A stretch of DNA of 64,000 nt from Microgenomates group bacterium (GTDB taxonomy: Bacteria > Patescibacteriota > Microgenomatia > UBA1400 > MFAQ01): positions 11,264 through 75,263 of the forward strand of contig JBAQNH010000002.1 of assembly GCA_049303575.1 (NCBI GenBank), given 5' to 3'. The notes beneath the pieces are model-generated. The model saw only the letters and a program-made list of their open reading frames with translations, ran no database searches and was not told where the DNA came from. This document shows positions 25,992 through 35,038 of the stretch, piece after piece (position 1 is the stretch's first letter; each line of letters begins with the position of its first letter). Position numbers and translations under genes: made by a program.

Positions 25992-26462
25992 ATGCGCGCC
26001 TTTCTTAAAGTCCTCATAACCTCGCTTGTCTGTCTGGCAATTATCTTTTTGGGATATTCCATCACCACCGAATTTACCAAGAATATCTCCGCCACCAGCT
26101 TTGTTTTCAACCTACCTGCTCATCCCAACATCACCATCTCCGCCGCCTCCGACACTCCACTAGATATCGCCGCTAATGGCCCTTTTTGTCTCTTCAAGAA
26201 TGAAAAAAGCAAAATAGATGTCATTTGTTCCACTCCCGACCCCAGACCGGGTACCCCTAATGCTGTCAGACTAACCACTACTCTCAAGACCGGAAAATGG
26301 TTGGTGTTTGCACCCGGCCGTAGCACCAACCTGTATCTGGAAAGCGACCTCCCGCTCGTTTACAACAAGAACGATTTTCTCAGCGCCATCGGCATCGACG
26401 CCGTTCTTTTGTTCATAATCTTCATCATCGTCTTGATGGTCGCAGAAACCAACAAAAAATAA
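25992..26462 (+). CDS. Hypothetical membrane/secreted protein (156 aa; N- and C-terminal hydrophobic segments)
   Basis: ORF with RBS-like aaaggagaaaaaATG immediately upstream and a strong terminator downstream. Confidence 0.45.
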   Translation: MRAFLKVLITSLVCLAIIFLGYSITTEFTKNISATSFVFNLPAHPNITISAASDTPLDIAANGPFCLFKNEKSKIDVICSTPDPRPGTPNAVRLTTTLKTGKWLVFAPGRSTNLYLESDLPLVYNKNDFLSAIGIDAVLLFIIFIIVLMVAETNKK

Positions 26463-26473
26463 TTAAAACATCA

Positions 26474-26498
26474 CGCCACCATCCGGTGGCGTTTTTTT
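26474..26498 (+). terminator. Bidirectional rho-independent terminator between convergent genes
   Basis: CGCCACCatccGGTGGCGttttttt; perfect 7-bp GC-rich stem plus T7 run. Confidence 0.7.
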
Positions 26499-28320
26499 AT
26501 ATCACCTCACAGTTTGGAAATCTTATCTTCATCTCTTCTTCGATCTTCTTCTTCCCCTGGTAATCCACCGCCAGAAGCATACGAATAATAAACCGTTCGT
26601 TCTTACCCACCTTTTCCACCTTGCTTCGTACATCTCCGCCATTCCGGCTGATAACTCCGGCTACTTGTTCCGAAACTCCAATTGAGTTTGGTCCTTCAAT
26701 TAGTACTGTCGTAAACATACCTCTTCCCACTTTCATCTCGTCAAGTTTTCGAGACACTAAAGACAAATCCAATCCATAAGCCACTTTATAATATAGATCG
26801 TCAATTCCGTGCCAACATCCCAAATCCACCAATAGTTTATCCACAACATCCTCGTCCAAGTCTTCAATATTTAAAATTCCCCTCTCCCGAAGTACTCCAT
26901 CAACTAGCATCCTTTCCCCCCTAGCCACTTCTACATCATGTTCGGCAATTTTTAGCTGGCTATCAATCAGACTGGCAGTCTCCCTATTACAAAACTTCAT
27001 CCACTCAACATTTGGTTTTGTTTGATGCTGATCGGTGATAATCTCTACCACCGAAGCATTTGGTACCACCGCCTCCAAACTTTCCACCTTGCCGTCAATT
27101 TTAATGGCCACTGCTCTAAGTCCAAGCAAGGGATTCAATCGAAAAGCCACGTCAATTCCTGTTGCCGAAAGCTCCATTATTGCCAACTCCTTTTTAGGGG
27201 TGAAAATTAGCTTTCTTTTATATTTATCCGGGTCGGCCCGCAGTTCTTTGGAGGATAAGCTGGCTACCCCCCAGTTATTAAACTGTTCTCTTTCAAGTGT
27301 CGTAAAGGCCACCTCAATGTTCCCTTCATTAAGTTTGTAGGTATCGTGTAAAGCGCTATACCCGTTAATAGCTGGGGTAGCTAGATAATCATCGCTCCTG
27401 GACTGTTGTAGTAACTTGGAAAACCGTGTACGGACTACTCCCATGGCTCGATAGCACTCTCCGACGTCACCCCCATTCTTGATAATCACCCGAAAACTGA
27501 CCACATCCGTAATATCCGCAAACTCTTTTGGTCGACTGTCTGATCTCATGGCTGACTTTTTTTGTTTTTCCGAAAGTTCCCAGTACCCACCGACCTGATG
27601 TTCCACCAAGGCCTCTATTCCTCCGCTTTTAAGCGCGGTTCGAATATCCTCCTCCGTCTTTCGGATAAAATTTTCATTCAATCTCGGATCACTATCAATT
27701 CTTCTTTTGACATCGTTACATCTCTCCGAATCAACATAAGAGAAGGCGATGTCCGCCAAAGCATTTTTAACCTGCCACAATCCCAAAGACTCGGCCAAAG
27801 GTACATAAACACCCAAGGTCTCCTTTGCTTTTTCCAGTTTCTTATCTTCTCCAAAATCCTTCATCGTCGTCATGTTATGCAACCTATCCGCCAGCTTTAT
27901 CATCGCTACACCAGGATCAACCAACGTCTCCGTGGTTATCTTTCTCAAAGTCTCAAAGTCACTCTCTGTTCCGGTTGAAGATACAAACTTACTTACTCCA
28001 TCTACAAGGTGCCCGACTCTCTCTCCAAATACACCCGTAATTTGTTCCAGAGAAATCAAATCAGGATGATCTTCCCAGGTATCGTGTAACAAACCAGCCA
28101 CAATCATATCTTCATCCGCCTCCCATTGTTTCAAAATCATTGCTACCGCTACACAGTGATTCACATACGGCTCTCCCGTAATTTTTCTGACATCACATTT
28201 ATGAATCTCCGCCGCCAAATCAAGTGCAGCCTTCTCTTTTATTGACAAATTTACGCCAAATTTTTCTTTATCGACTTCCAAAAATATAACAGGCCTTAGG
28301 TTTTCTCCTCTTTCTATCAT
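26497..28320 (-). CDS. RelA/SpoT homologue (RSH): HD hydrolase + (p)ppGpp synthetase + TGS domains
   Basis: 607 aa; ..HCVAVAMIL.., LLHDTWEDHPD (HD domain), ..RFSKLLQQSRSDDYLATPAINGYSALHDTYKL.. (synthetase), C-terminal TGS-like segment. Confidence 0.8.
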   Translation of the reverse strand: MIERGENLRPVIFLEVDKEKFGVNLSIKEKAALDLAAEIHKCDVRKITGEPYVNHCVAVAMILKQWEADEDMIVAGLLHDTWEDHPDLISLEQITGVFGERVGHLVDGVSKFVSSTGTESDFETLRKITTETLVDPGVAMIKLADRLHNMTTMKDFGEDKKLEKAKETLGVYVPLAESLGLWQVKNALADIAFSYVDSERCNDVKRRIDSDPRLNENFIRKTEEDIRTALKSGGIEALVEHQVGGYWELSEKQKKSAMRSDSRPKEFADITDVVSFRVIIKNGGDVGECYRAMGVVRTRFSKLLQQSRSDDYLATPAINGYSALHDTYKLNEGNIEVAFTTLEREQFNNWGVASLSSKELRADPDKYKRKLIFTPKKELAIMELSATGIDVAFRLNPLLGLRAVAIKIDGKVESLEAVVPNASVVEIITDQHQTKPNVEWMKFCNRETASLIDSQLKIAEHDVEVARGERMLVDGVLRERGILNIEDLDEDVVDKLLVDLGCWHGIDDLYYKVAYGLDLSLVSRKLDEMKVGRGMFTTVLIEGPNSIGVSEQVAGVISRNGGDVRSKVEKVGKNERFIIRMLLAVDYQGKKKIEEEMKIRFPNCEVI

Positions 28321-28354
28321 CTTAACGACCTATTTTATCACTCTGTCGAGCCTA

Positions 28355-28368
28355 AGGAGCTGTATAAT
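28355..28368 (+). promoter_or_regulatory. Putative -10 element (TGtataat, extended -10-like) ~10 nt upstream of the aspS/asnS ATG; would give a near-leaderless mRNA
   Basis: gagctgTATAATaaattcatcATG at 28357-28380. Confidence 0.3.
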
Positions 28369-28377
28369 AAATTCATC

Positions 28378-29691
28378 ATGGAAAGAACATACATTAAGGA
28401 CATCAAAAAACACACCGGGAAAAAGATCTTGCTCTCCGGTTTCGTGCAAACTTTAAGAAAACAAGGAGGTATTGCCTTTTTAATTCTTCGTGACGTCACT
28501 GGTACTGTCCAGACCGTCATCATCAAATCCAATACCGACGCTTTCGCCACCATCCAAGACCTCTCTCTCGAGTCGGTCGTCACCATAGTTGGTGAATCCA
28601 AAGAAAATCCTCAAGCCCCCAACGGCATTGAGGTTTTAGTCGAAACCATTGAAGTTCTTTCCAAAGCCGAGCCCGAACTTCCCATCCCTGTAGACGAAAA
28701 AGGAGAAAGTGAAACTAATCTTGACACTCGTCTTGACTGGCGTTATTTAGATCTTCGCAAAGAAAGAAACGCTCTTATTTTCAAAGTCTGGACTCTCATG
28801 GACCAAGTCTTCACCGACACCATGACCGACAAAGGCTTCATTCAAATTCACTCTCCTAAACTTATGAATACGGCAAGCGAATCCGGCGCCGAAGTTTTTG
28901 AGGTTAACTACTTCGAACGTAAAGCCTATCTTTCTCAATCCCCCCAGTTCTACAAACAGATGGCCATGGCTTCAGGTTTCGAAAAAGTTTTCGAGATTGG
29001 TCCGGTTTTCCGCGCCGACCCCTCTTTCACCTCTCGTCACGCTACTGAGTTTACCGGTTATGACTTAGAAGTATCCTTTATCAAAGATCACCACGAGGTT
29101 ATGGACATCGAAGAATCTATCATTGTTGCCATTACCTCCAAGGTTAACGCGGTTTATGGCAAAGAAATCAAAGCCGTTTTTAACCGCGAAATCCCCGTCC
29201 CTACTTCTCCTTTCCCCAGAATCACTTTTGCCAAAGTCAAGGAAATTCTCAAAGAAAAAGGTATCAAAAGTGAAAAACCTGCCGATCTCACCGGAGATGA
29301 AGAAAAAGGTATCAGTCAGTATGTACTAGAAAAATACGGTCACGAATTTGTTTTCATCACCGATTATCCCATCGAAGGCCGTCCTTTCTATCACATGCGC
29401 TACGCCGACAAACCAGACACCACCATGAGTTTCGATCTTCTCTGGAATGGACTAGAGGTCACTACCGGTGCACAACGTGAACACAGATACGACATCCTCA
29501 AGGCCCAAGCTACCGAAAAAGGTTTGACTGATGCCACGATTGGTGACTACCTCAACTTCTTCCGCTATGGTTGTCCTCCTCATGGTGGTTTAGGTGCCGG
29601 CCCTAGTCGTTTTATCATGAAGATGCTCGGCGTCGACAACATTCGCGAAGCGACCTATCTTTATCGTGGAGTTAAAAGACTCACTCCTTAA
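28378..29691 (+). CDS. aspS: Class IIb aminoacyl-tRNA synthetase: aspartyl-tRNA synthetase of the short archaeal/eukaryal type (or AsnRS)
   Basis: 437 aa; N-terminal OB anticodon-binding domain, motif 2 ..FRADPSFTSRHATEFTGYDLEVSF.., motif 3 ..GGLGAGPSRFIMKMLGVDNIREA..; length fits type-2 AspRS. AsnRS cannot be excluded from sequence inspection alone. Confidence 0.7.
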   Translation: MERTYIKDIKKHTGKKILLSGFVQTLRKQGGIAFLILRDVTGTVQTVIIKSNTDAFATIQDLSLESVVTIVGESKENPQAPNGIEVLVETIEVLSKAEPELPIPVDEKGESETNLDTRLDWRYLDLRKERNALIFKVWTLMDQVFTDTMTDKGFIQIHSPKLMNTASESGAEVFEVNYFERKAYLSQSPQFYKQMAMASGFEKVFEIGPVFRADPSFTSRHATEFTGYDLEVSFIKDHHEVMDIEESIIVAITSKVNAVYGKEIKAVFNREIPVPTSPFPRITFAKVKEILKEKGIKSEKPADLTGDEEKGISQYVLEKYGHEFVFITDYPIEGRPFYHMRYADKPDTTMSFDLLWNGLEVTTGAQREHRYDILKAQATEKGLTDATIGDYLNFFRYGCPPHGGLGAGPSRFIMKMLGVDNIREATYLYRGVKRLTP

Positions 29692-31066
29692 AATGGAAAA
29701 ACAAACCAAAGACGCCACCCTGGAAAAAATCATTTCCCTTGCCAAACGTCGTGGCTTTATCTTCCCCGGCTCCGAGATCTATGGTGGTCTGGCCAACACC
29801 TACGACTTCGGTCCTTTAGGTACCGAGTTAAAACGAAATTTAATCAATCTTTGGTGGAATACTTTTGTTTCTTCCCGCTCCGATATGTTTGGTTTGGACA
29901 CCTCCGTCCTTATGAGTCCCAAAGTCTGGGACGCTTCAGGTCACACTGAAAACTTTACCAATGTCATGATCGACTGTCTCACTTGCCACTACCGCACTCG
30001 TGCCGATCACCTCATCGAAGAAGCTGTTAGGGATATTGAAAATGTGGAGGGAAAACCTTTAAAGGAACTTGACGAAATCATCAAAGAAAAAGAGATCAAA
30101 TGTCCCAAATGTGGTAACAAAACCTGGACTAAAGCGAGAAACTTCAATCAGCTTTTTGAAACCCAAATTGGTATCATCACCGAAGGCAAAAACACCGCCT
30201 ACCTTCGAGGAGAGTTGGCCCAAGGAATGTTTGTCGACTTCAAACAGGTCTTAGACTCCATTCATCCCAAACTTCCTTTTGGCCTAGCCCAGTCCGGGAA
30301 AGCCTTCCGCAACGAAATCACCATGGGCAAATTTACTTTCCGCACTCTCGAGTTTGATCTGGCCGAGTTTGAATACTTTGTAAAACCCGACGAATGGGAA
30401 AAACATTTTGAGTACTGGAAAAAAGAGATGTATGAGTTTGCCCTCTCTCTTGGTATTCCCGCCGAGAAACTTCGTTGGAGAGCTCACACCAAAGAAGAGC
30501 TTAGTCACTACAGTTCCCGCACCGAAGATCTTGAGTACGAATTCCCCTGGGGTTTTAAGGAAATGTTTGGTCTGGCTTATCGCACTGACTTCGACCTCAA
30601 AAACCATATCGAAAAATCAGGTGTCGATCTCCGTTACACCGACCCCTACACTCAGGAAAAATTCATTCCTCATGTCGTCGAACCAACCTTTGGACTTTCC
30701 CGACTTCTCACCATCATTCTCATGAACTCCTACTTCGAAGATATCGAAAAGCAAAGAGTGGTTATGAAGTTCCCTTCTGTTTTAGCTCCTTACAAAGTTG
30801 CCGTCTTCCCCCTGGTTGGCAACAAAGAAGAATTAAGTAAAAAGGCCAAAGAAATCTTCACTTTACTAAAAGCCAAAATGAGTGCTGTTCTGGACGAACG
30901 AGGTAATATCGGCAAACGTTATTTTACTCAAGATGAAATTGGCACTCCCTACTGTATTACCGTTGACTATGACACCCTTGAAGATGACACCGTAACCGTC
31001 AGAGAAAGAGACACGGCACAGCAAAAACGGATCAAAATAAACGAGCTGTTAACTGTTTTAAAATAA
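29666..31066 (+). CDS. glyQS: Glycyl-tRNA synthetase (alpha2 dimeric type)
   Basis: 466 aa; ..RRGFIFPGSEIYGGLANTYDFGPLGTELKRNLINLWW.. and the rest typical of GlyRS class II. Annotated start overlaps aspS by 26 nt; an in-frame ATG at 29693 would avoid overlap. Confidence 0.85.
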   Translation: MELKDSLLKMEKQTKDATLEKIISLAKRRGFIFPGSEIYGGLANTYDFGPLGTELKRNLINLWWNTFVSSRSDMFGLDTSVLMSPKVWDASGHTENFTNVMIDCLTCHYRTRADHLIEEAVRDIENVEGKPLKELDEIIKEKEIKCPKCGNKTWTKARNFNQLFETQIGIITEGKNTAYLRGELAQGMFVDFKQVLDSIHPKLPFGLAQSGKAFRNEITMGKFTFRTLEFDLAEFEYFVKPDEWEKHFEYWKKEMYEFALSLGIPAEKLRWRAHTKEELSHYSSRTEDLEYEFPWGFKEMFGLAYRTDFDLKNHIEKSGVDLRYTDPYTQEKFIPHVVEPTFGLSRLLTIILMNSYFEDIEKQRVVMKFPSVLAPYKVAVFPLVGNKEELSKKAKEIFTLLKAKMSAVLDERGNIGKRYFTQDEIGTPYCITVDYDTLEDDTVTVRERDTAQQKRIKINELLTVLK

Positions 31067-31067
31067 C

Positions 31068-31697
31068 TTAATAAGGTTTTTGTTTTCCACTCGCGTTTTC
31101 GCATCTATTCTTTGGATTATTACACTCATTCTTACATACCGAGTCTGTATAATATGCCTTTGGACAGAGACTAAGTTCTGTGTCCTGATATAGTTCACAA
31201 GATCCTTCCCTACCGCCACCTGGAGCGCAAACAAACGAACACCTCACTAAATCAATATTGGCGCTGGAAACACCATAGTTATAAAAACAGTCCGGTCCGC
31301 AACCCCCCAAACAGCCCACATCACTAATGGATATATCATTTAGATTTGATAGCATCGTATATATCCGAAATGACTGTAAGTCTCCTCTCCTTATTTGATA
31401 AAAATAAGGTTCTTTTGTAACCGGATCACAAGGTGTCGAACCTAAAATACTTTGCGATTTGTACATCAACGGTTGACCACAACCGGGAAGTTCTTCTGGG
31501 TACTGTTCGGCAAAACTGTAATAGACATCCATATTTACCTTAATGCTGTGGAGATCGGCTTTTCGACGAGCATCATAAGCTTTGTTTACAAGTGGTGGAA
31601 TAAAAATTGACGAAAAGGCCGCCAGAATCGACAAGATAGCAATGACTATTAATATTTCAAGTAGAGTTATACCTCTCATCTTTAAAAACTTAGTCAT
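31068..31697 (-). CDS. Type IV pilin / pseudopilin with class III signal peptide and Cys-rich C-terminal domain
   Basis: 209 aa; KMRGITLLEILIVIAILSILAAF (G|I-T-L-L-E prepilin cleavage/methylation motif); 12+ Cys in the C-terminal 120 aa. Confidence 0.7.
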   Translation of the reverse strand: MTKFLKMRGITLLEILIVIAILSILAAFSSIFIPPLVNKAYDARRKADLHSIKVNMDVYYSFAEQYPEELPGCGQPLMYKSQSILGSTPCDPVTKEPYFYQIRRGDLQSFRIYTMLSNLNDISISDVGCLGGCGPDCFYNYGVSSANIDLVRCSFVCAPGGGREGSCELYQDTELSLCPKAYYTDSVCKNECNNPKNRCENASGKQKPY

Positions 31698-31743
31698 CCA
31701 AATAAATTATAGTCTAAATATCACTACCCCTCATCTTTTAGCT

Positions 31744-33048
31744 CTAAACTATCTCGGCAACCGCCTTAATCTCCAAAAGTTCCTGTTTTCCCGTCGACAT
31801 ATTTTTTAGACTTACTTTCTTCTTGGCCACTTCATCTTCCCCAATAATAGCTACATAAGGCACCCCTATTTTATTCGCATACACTAGTTTCTTTTTGAAT
31901 TTATCATCTTCGGTATAAAGTTCTGTCGGCACTCCCAACTCTCTCAGTTTTCCGGCCACTTCCAAAGCAAAAGGCATGTTCACTTCCATGGGTACCACCA
32001 AAACTTTTGCCGTTGTTGCCCTTGCCGCCTTTATTACTCCCATATCGAGTAATTGCGAGAACAACCTGGTAAGACCAATCGATACTCCTACACCGGGAAA
32101 ACTTTGATTGCTAAAGCTCTCGGCCAAATTGTCATACCGCCCTCCTCCGCAAACACTTCCTTTAACCCTCTCGTCCAGAAGTTTTGTTTCGTAAACCGTT
32201 CCGGTGTAATATGACAGCCCTCTGGCGATAGCCAAATCAATTTTAAGATTATTCTCGCTCACTCCAAACTTTATCGCTTTTTCTACCACTTCTGCTAATT
32301 CTGCTATTCCAATTTTAAATAACTCACTCTTAATCTCCATCTTGTTCAATGTTTCCAAAATCTTTGCATTACTTCCCGAAATTTTTACAAACTCCAAAAT
32401 CTTCTCTGCCTCACCAATCTTAATTTCCAAATCAATCAACATTTGTTTCGCCGTTTCCTCTCCCACTTTTTCTAGTTTATCTATCACTCTTAGCACCTCA
32501 TCTTTTTTTTCTCCAACTCCATACTCCTCCATTAAGCCATTCAATATCTTTCGGTTGCTTATCTTGATTACAAAATCCCCTAGTTGCAACTTCTCAAACA
32601 CCCGACTGATTACCGCCGGAATCTCAGCATCATTTACCAAACTCAAACTTCCACTACCCACAATATCAATATCGGCTTGATAAAACTCACGGAAACGACC
32701 TTTTTGTGGCCGCTCGCCACGATAAGCCTTACCAATCTGGTATCTGCGAAAGGGGAATGTCAAACTATTGTTGTACATCGCTACATAACGTGCCAAGGGC
32801 ACCGTTAAATCAAAACGCAAACCGAGATCATCGTCTCCTTTGGAAAATCGGTATACCTCTTTTTTGGTATCTTCACCAATCTGTGCGAAAAGTACCTCTG
32901 CATTTTCCACCAAAGGAGTATCCAAGGGTGCATATCCAAACTCTTCAAATGTCTCGGATATCGTCTCTATCATTTTATTAAACAGAATTTGCTCTGCCGG
33001 AAGCAGCTCCATAAATCCTGCTTGAATTCTTGGTGTAACTTTAGCCAT
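31744..33048 (-). CDS. hisS: Histidyl-tRNA synthetase
   Basis: 434 aa; class II motifs, ..RFDLTVPLARYVAM.., ..YQIGKAYRGERPQKGRFREFYQADIDIVG.., C-terminal anticodon-binding domain. Confidence 0.85.
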   Translation of the reverse strand: MAKVTPRIQAGFMELLPAEQILFNKMIETISETFEEFGYAPLDTPLVENAEVLFAQIGEDTKKEVYRFSKGDDDLGLRFDLTVPLARYVAMYNNSLTFPFRRYQIGKAYRGERPQKGRFREFYQADIDIVGSGSLSLVNDAEIPAVISRVFEKLQLGDFVIKISNRKILNGLMEEYGVGEKKDEVLRVIDKLEKVGEETAKQMLIDLEIKIGEAEKILEFVKISGSNAKILETLNKMEIKSELFKIGIAELAEVVEKAIKFGVSENNLKIDLAIARGLSYYTGTVYETKLLDERVKGSVCGGGRYDNLAESFSNQSFPGVGVSIGLTRLFSQLLDMGVIKAARATTAKVLVVPMEVNMPFALEVAGKLRELGVPTELYTEDDKFKKKLVYANKIGVPYVAIIGEDEVAKKKVSLKNMSTGKQELLEIKAVAEIV

Positions 33049-33051
33049 ACC

Positions 33052-34257
33052 CTATCTTACAATCTTTAAGTACTTACGTTTACCCACTCTTACCACTCCC
33101 TTACCCACTGGTAGCTCCACTGACTTCTTTTCTACCCTCACACCATCTAAGTAAACCCCACCCTGTTCAACAAGTCTCTTAGCCTCACCGTTACTCGTCG
33201 CCATTGAAAGTTCCACCATCATTCTAATTAAATCCTCAACTGTAACTGTTTCTTTGTCCCATCTCACTTCTGGAGCATTTTCATCCACCTTTTTCTCCAC
33301 CACCGTTTTTTGGAAAAATTCTTCCGCGGCCTCTACTTCCCCCTTTCCGCATAGTTCCTTAACAATTGTTCGCGCTAACTCCTTCTTGATGTTCATTGGA
33401 TTTTCGCCGCTTTCCAGTCTCTTTTTGGCCTCATCAATTACCTCTTGATCAACATTTGTTCCCATTGTGTAGTAAGTGATAATCAAATCGTCACTTATAG
33501 ACATAACCTTTCCAAACATCTCTTCCGGACTATCCTCAAGATAAATACCATTACCCCAGGTTTTACTCATTTTTCTTCCATCGGTACCGGGCAAAAATCC
33601 GTTAGTTACAATACAAGACTCTTTTTCCTTCAGGTCTTTTATCAAAGTTCTTCCCGCTTGCATGTTAAAAATTTGATCGGTCCCCCCTATCTGAATATCC
33701 GTATCCATTATCATACTGTCATACCCCTGCATAATTGGGTAAAGTATCTCCGGTAAACTCACACTTTTCCCCTCAACCAATCTTTTTTTAATTAATTCCC
33801 GACTTATAAAGTCATTTAGAGAAAAGTGTCTTGTCAGTTTTAATACTCCGGCAAAATCAAGTTTGGAAAGCCACTCACTATTAAAATGTATTTCAATCTT
33901 TGAAAAATCCAACAGTTTTTTTGCTTGTCTTCTGTATGTTTTGAAGTTTTCTTCCACCTGTTCACGAGTTAATGCCGGTCTCTCCGATTCTTTATCTGAG
34001 GTATCACCCACTGTTGCGGTAAAGTCTCCAATAACAAACGTCGCACGGTGGCCAAGTTCAGCTAGAATCTGCAGTTTCCTTATCGGAAAAGCGTTACCCA
34101 AATGAATCTTTGTCGACGTTGGGTCAATACCCAGATACACATTAAGAACCTTCCCTGAGTTTAGAAGTTTCTCCACCTCTGCTCTATTGGGAACAATATT
34201 CTCAACGCCTCGTGTCAAGAAACTTTCGATTAACTCTTTCTTTCTCGCTTCTTCCAT
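33052..34257 (-). CDS. tyrS: Tyrosyl-tRNA synthetase (with C-terminal S4 domain)
   Basis: 401 aa; class I HLGN (HIGH variant) ..YLGIDPTSTKIHLGNAF.., ..IGDFTATVGDTSDKESERP.., KMSKT, C-terminal S4-like ..GGVYLDGVRVEKK... Confidence 0.85.
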   Translation of the reverse strand: MEEARKKELIESFLTRGVENIVPNRAEVEKLLNSGKVLNVYLGIDPTSTKIHLGNAFPIRKLQILAELGHRATFVIGDFTATVGDTSDKESERPALTREQVEENFKTYRRQAKKLLDFSKIEIHFNSEWLSKLDFAGVLKLTRHFSLNDFISRELIKKRLVEGKSVSLPEILYPIMQGYDSMIMDTDIQIGGTDQIFNMQAGRTLIKDLKEKESCIVTNGFLPGTDGRKMSKTWGNGIYLEDSPEEMFGKVMSISDDLIITYYTMGTNVDQEVIDEAKKRLESGENPMNIKKELARTIVKELCGKGEVEAAEEFFQKTVVEKKVDENAPEVRWDKETVTVEDLIRMMVELSMATSNGEAKRLVEQGGVYLDGVRVEKKSVELPVGKGVVRVGKRKYLKIVR

Positions 34258-34351
34258 GTATATATTCTACCTCAATACTTGGGTAGCTTTTCACTAGCCG
34301 AAGTAATTTTAATATATTTCTCAGGATCAAACTCGATTCCAAAAATTTCTT

Positions 34352-34738
34352 TTATCTTGTATAGAGTTTTATCTTCCCAATTTTTGCAAAATCTTTAATA
34401 TTCAAGGTTGCTAGTTCGGCTCTCTTAGTTAACATTACGCATGAAGCGACCATCGCATCAGATAGCGATACCCCAAAATTTCGACGTATTTCACCAGCCA
34501 TTTTTGCCTCATTCTCATCTAGTTCTCTTATAGTAGCTACCTCCAACATTCTCTTCAAATATTTTTCCTTCTTTGGATCACTTACAGATTTCCCAGACCA
34601 CAACTCAGCAACTACCACAACGGGGACTATCAGTTCAATTTCATTTTTTTCCTTCTCTTCAATTAAATTCATCCACAAACCCTTACTCGTTCTCAAAAAT
34701 TCGATTATGACCGATGAATCTACAATAATCTTTTTCAT
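34352..34738 (-). CDS. vapC: PIN-domain toxin (VapC family)
   Basis: 128 aa; MKKIIVDSSVIIEFL (Asp6), ..VVAELW.., ..SLSDAMVAS.., ..NIKDF.. acidic quartet. Confidence 0.6.
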   Translation of the reverse strand: MKKIIVDSSVIIEFLRTSKGLWMNLIEEKEKNEIELIVPVVVVAELWSGKSVSDPKKEKYLKRMLEVATIRELDENEAKMAGEIRRNFGVSLSDAMVASCVMLTKRAELATLNIKDFAKIGKIKLYTR

Positions 34739-34998
34739 TACCAGTTTTTGATATTCTTATCCATACTCATTTTGGCCTTCTGCATATCTGAAAAATCACG
34801 ATCGTCGAACATTCCCTTCATCTTTTTTAGGTCATTTCTATATTTCGTGTAGTCAAATGGTTCTTCAGTTGTCATTGGACTAATTTTCACTTTAACCCTA
34901 TTACCTTTTTCTATGACAACTTCTTTCTCCTCAAAATACACCTCATCCAAAATGGAAAAGAAATTTTTTCTGGCTTCCGTAGCCTTGATTAATTGCAT
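34738..34998 (-). CDS. Phd/YefM-family antitoxin, partner of the PIN toxin
   Basis: 86 aa; MQLIKATEARKNFFSILDEVYFEEKEVVIEKGNR typical Phd/YefM N-terminus; stop overlaps vapC start by 1 nt. Confidence 0.55.
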   Translation of the reverse strand: MQLIKATEARKNFFSILDEVYFEEKEVVIEKGNRVKVKISPMTTEEPFDYTKYRNDLKKMKGMFDDRDFSDMQKAKMSMDKNIKNW

Positions 34999-35038
34999 AT
35001 ATGTACATTATGTACACAATGTACATATTTGTCAAGTA

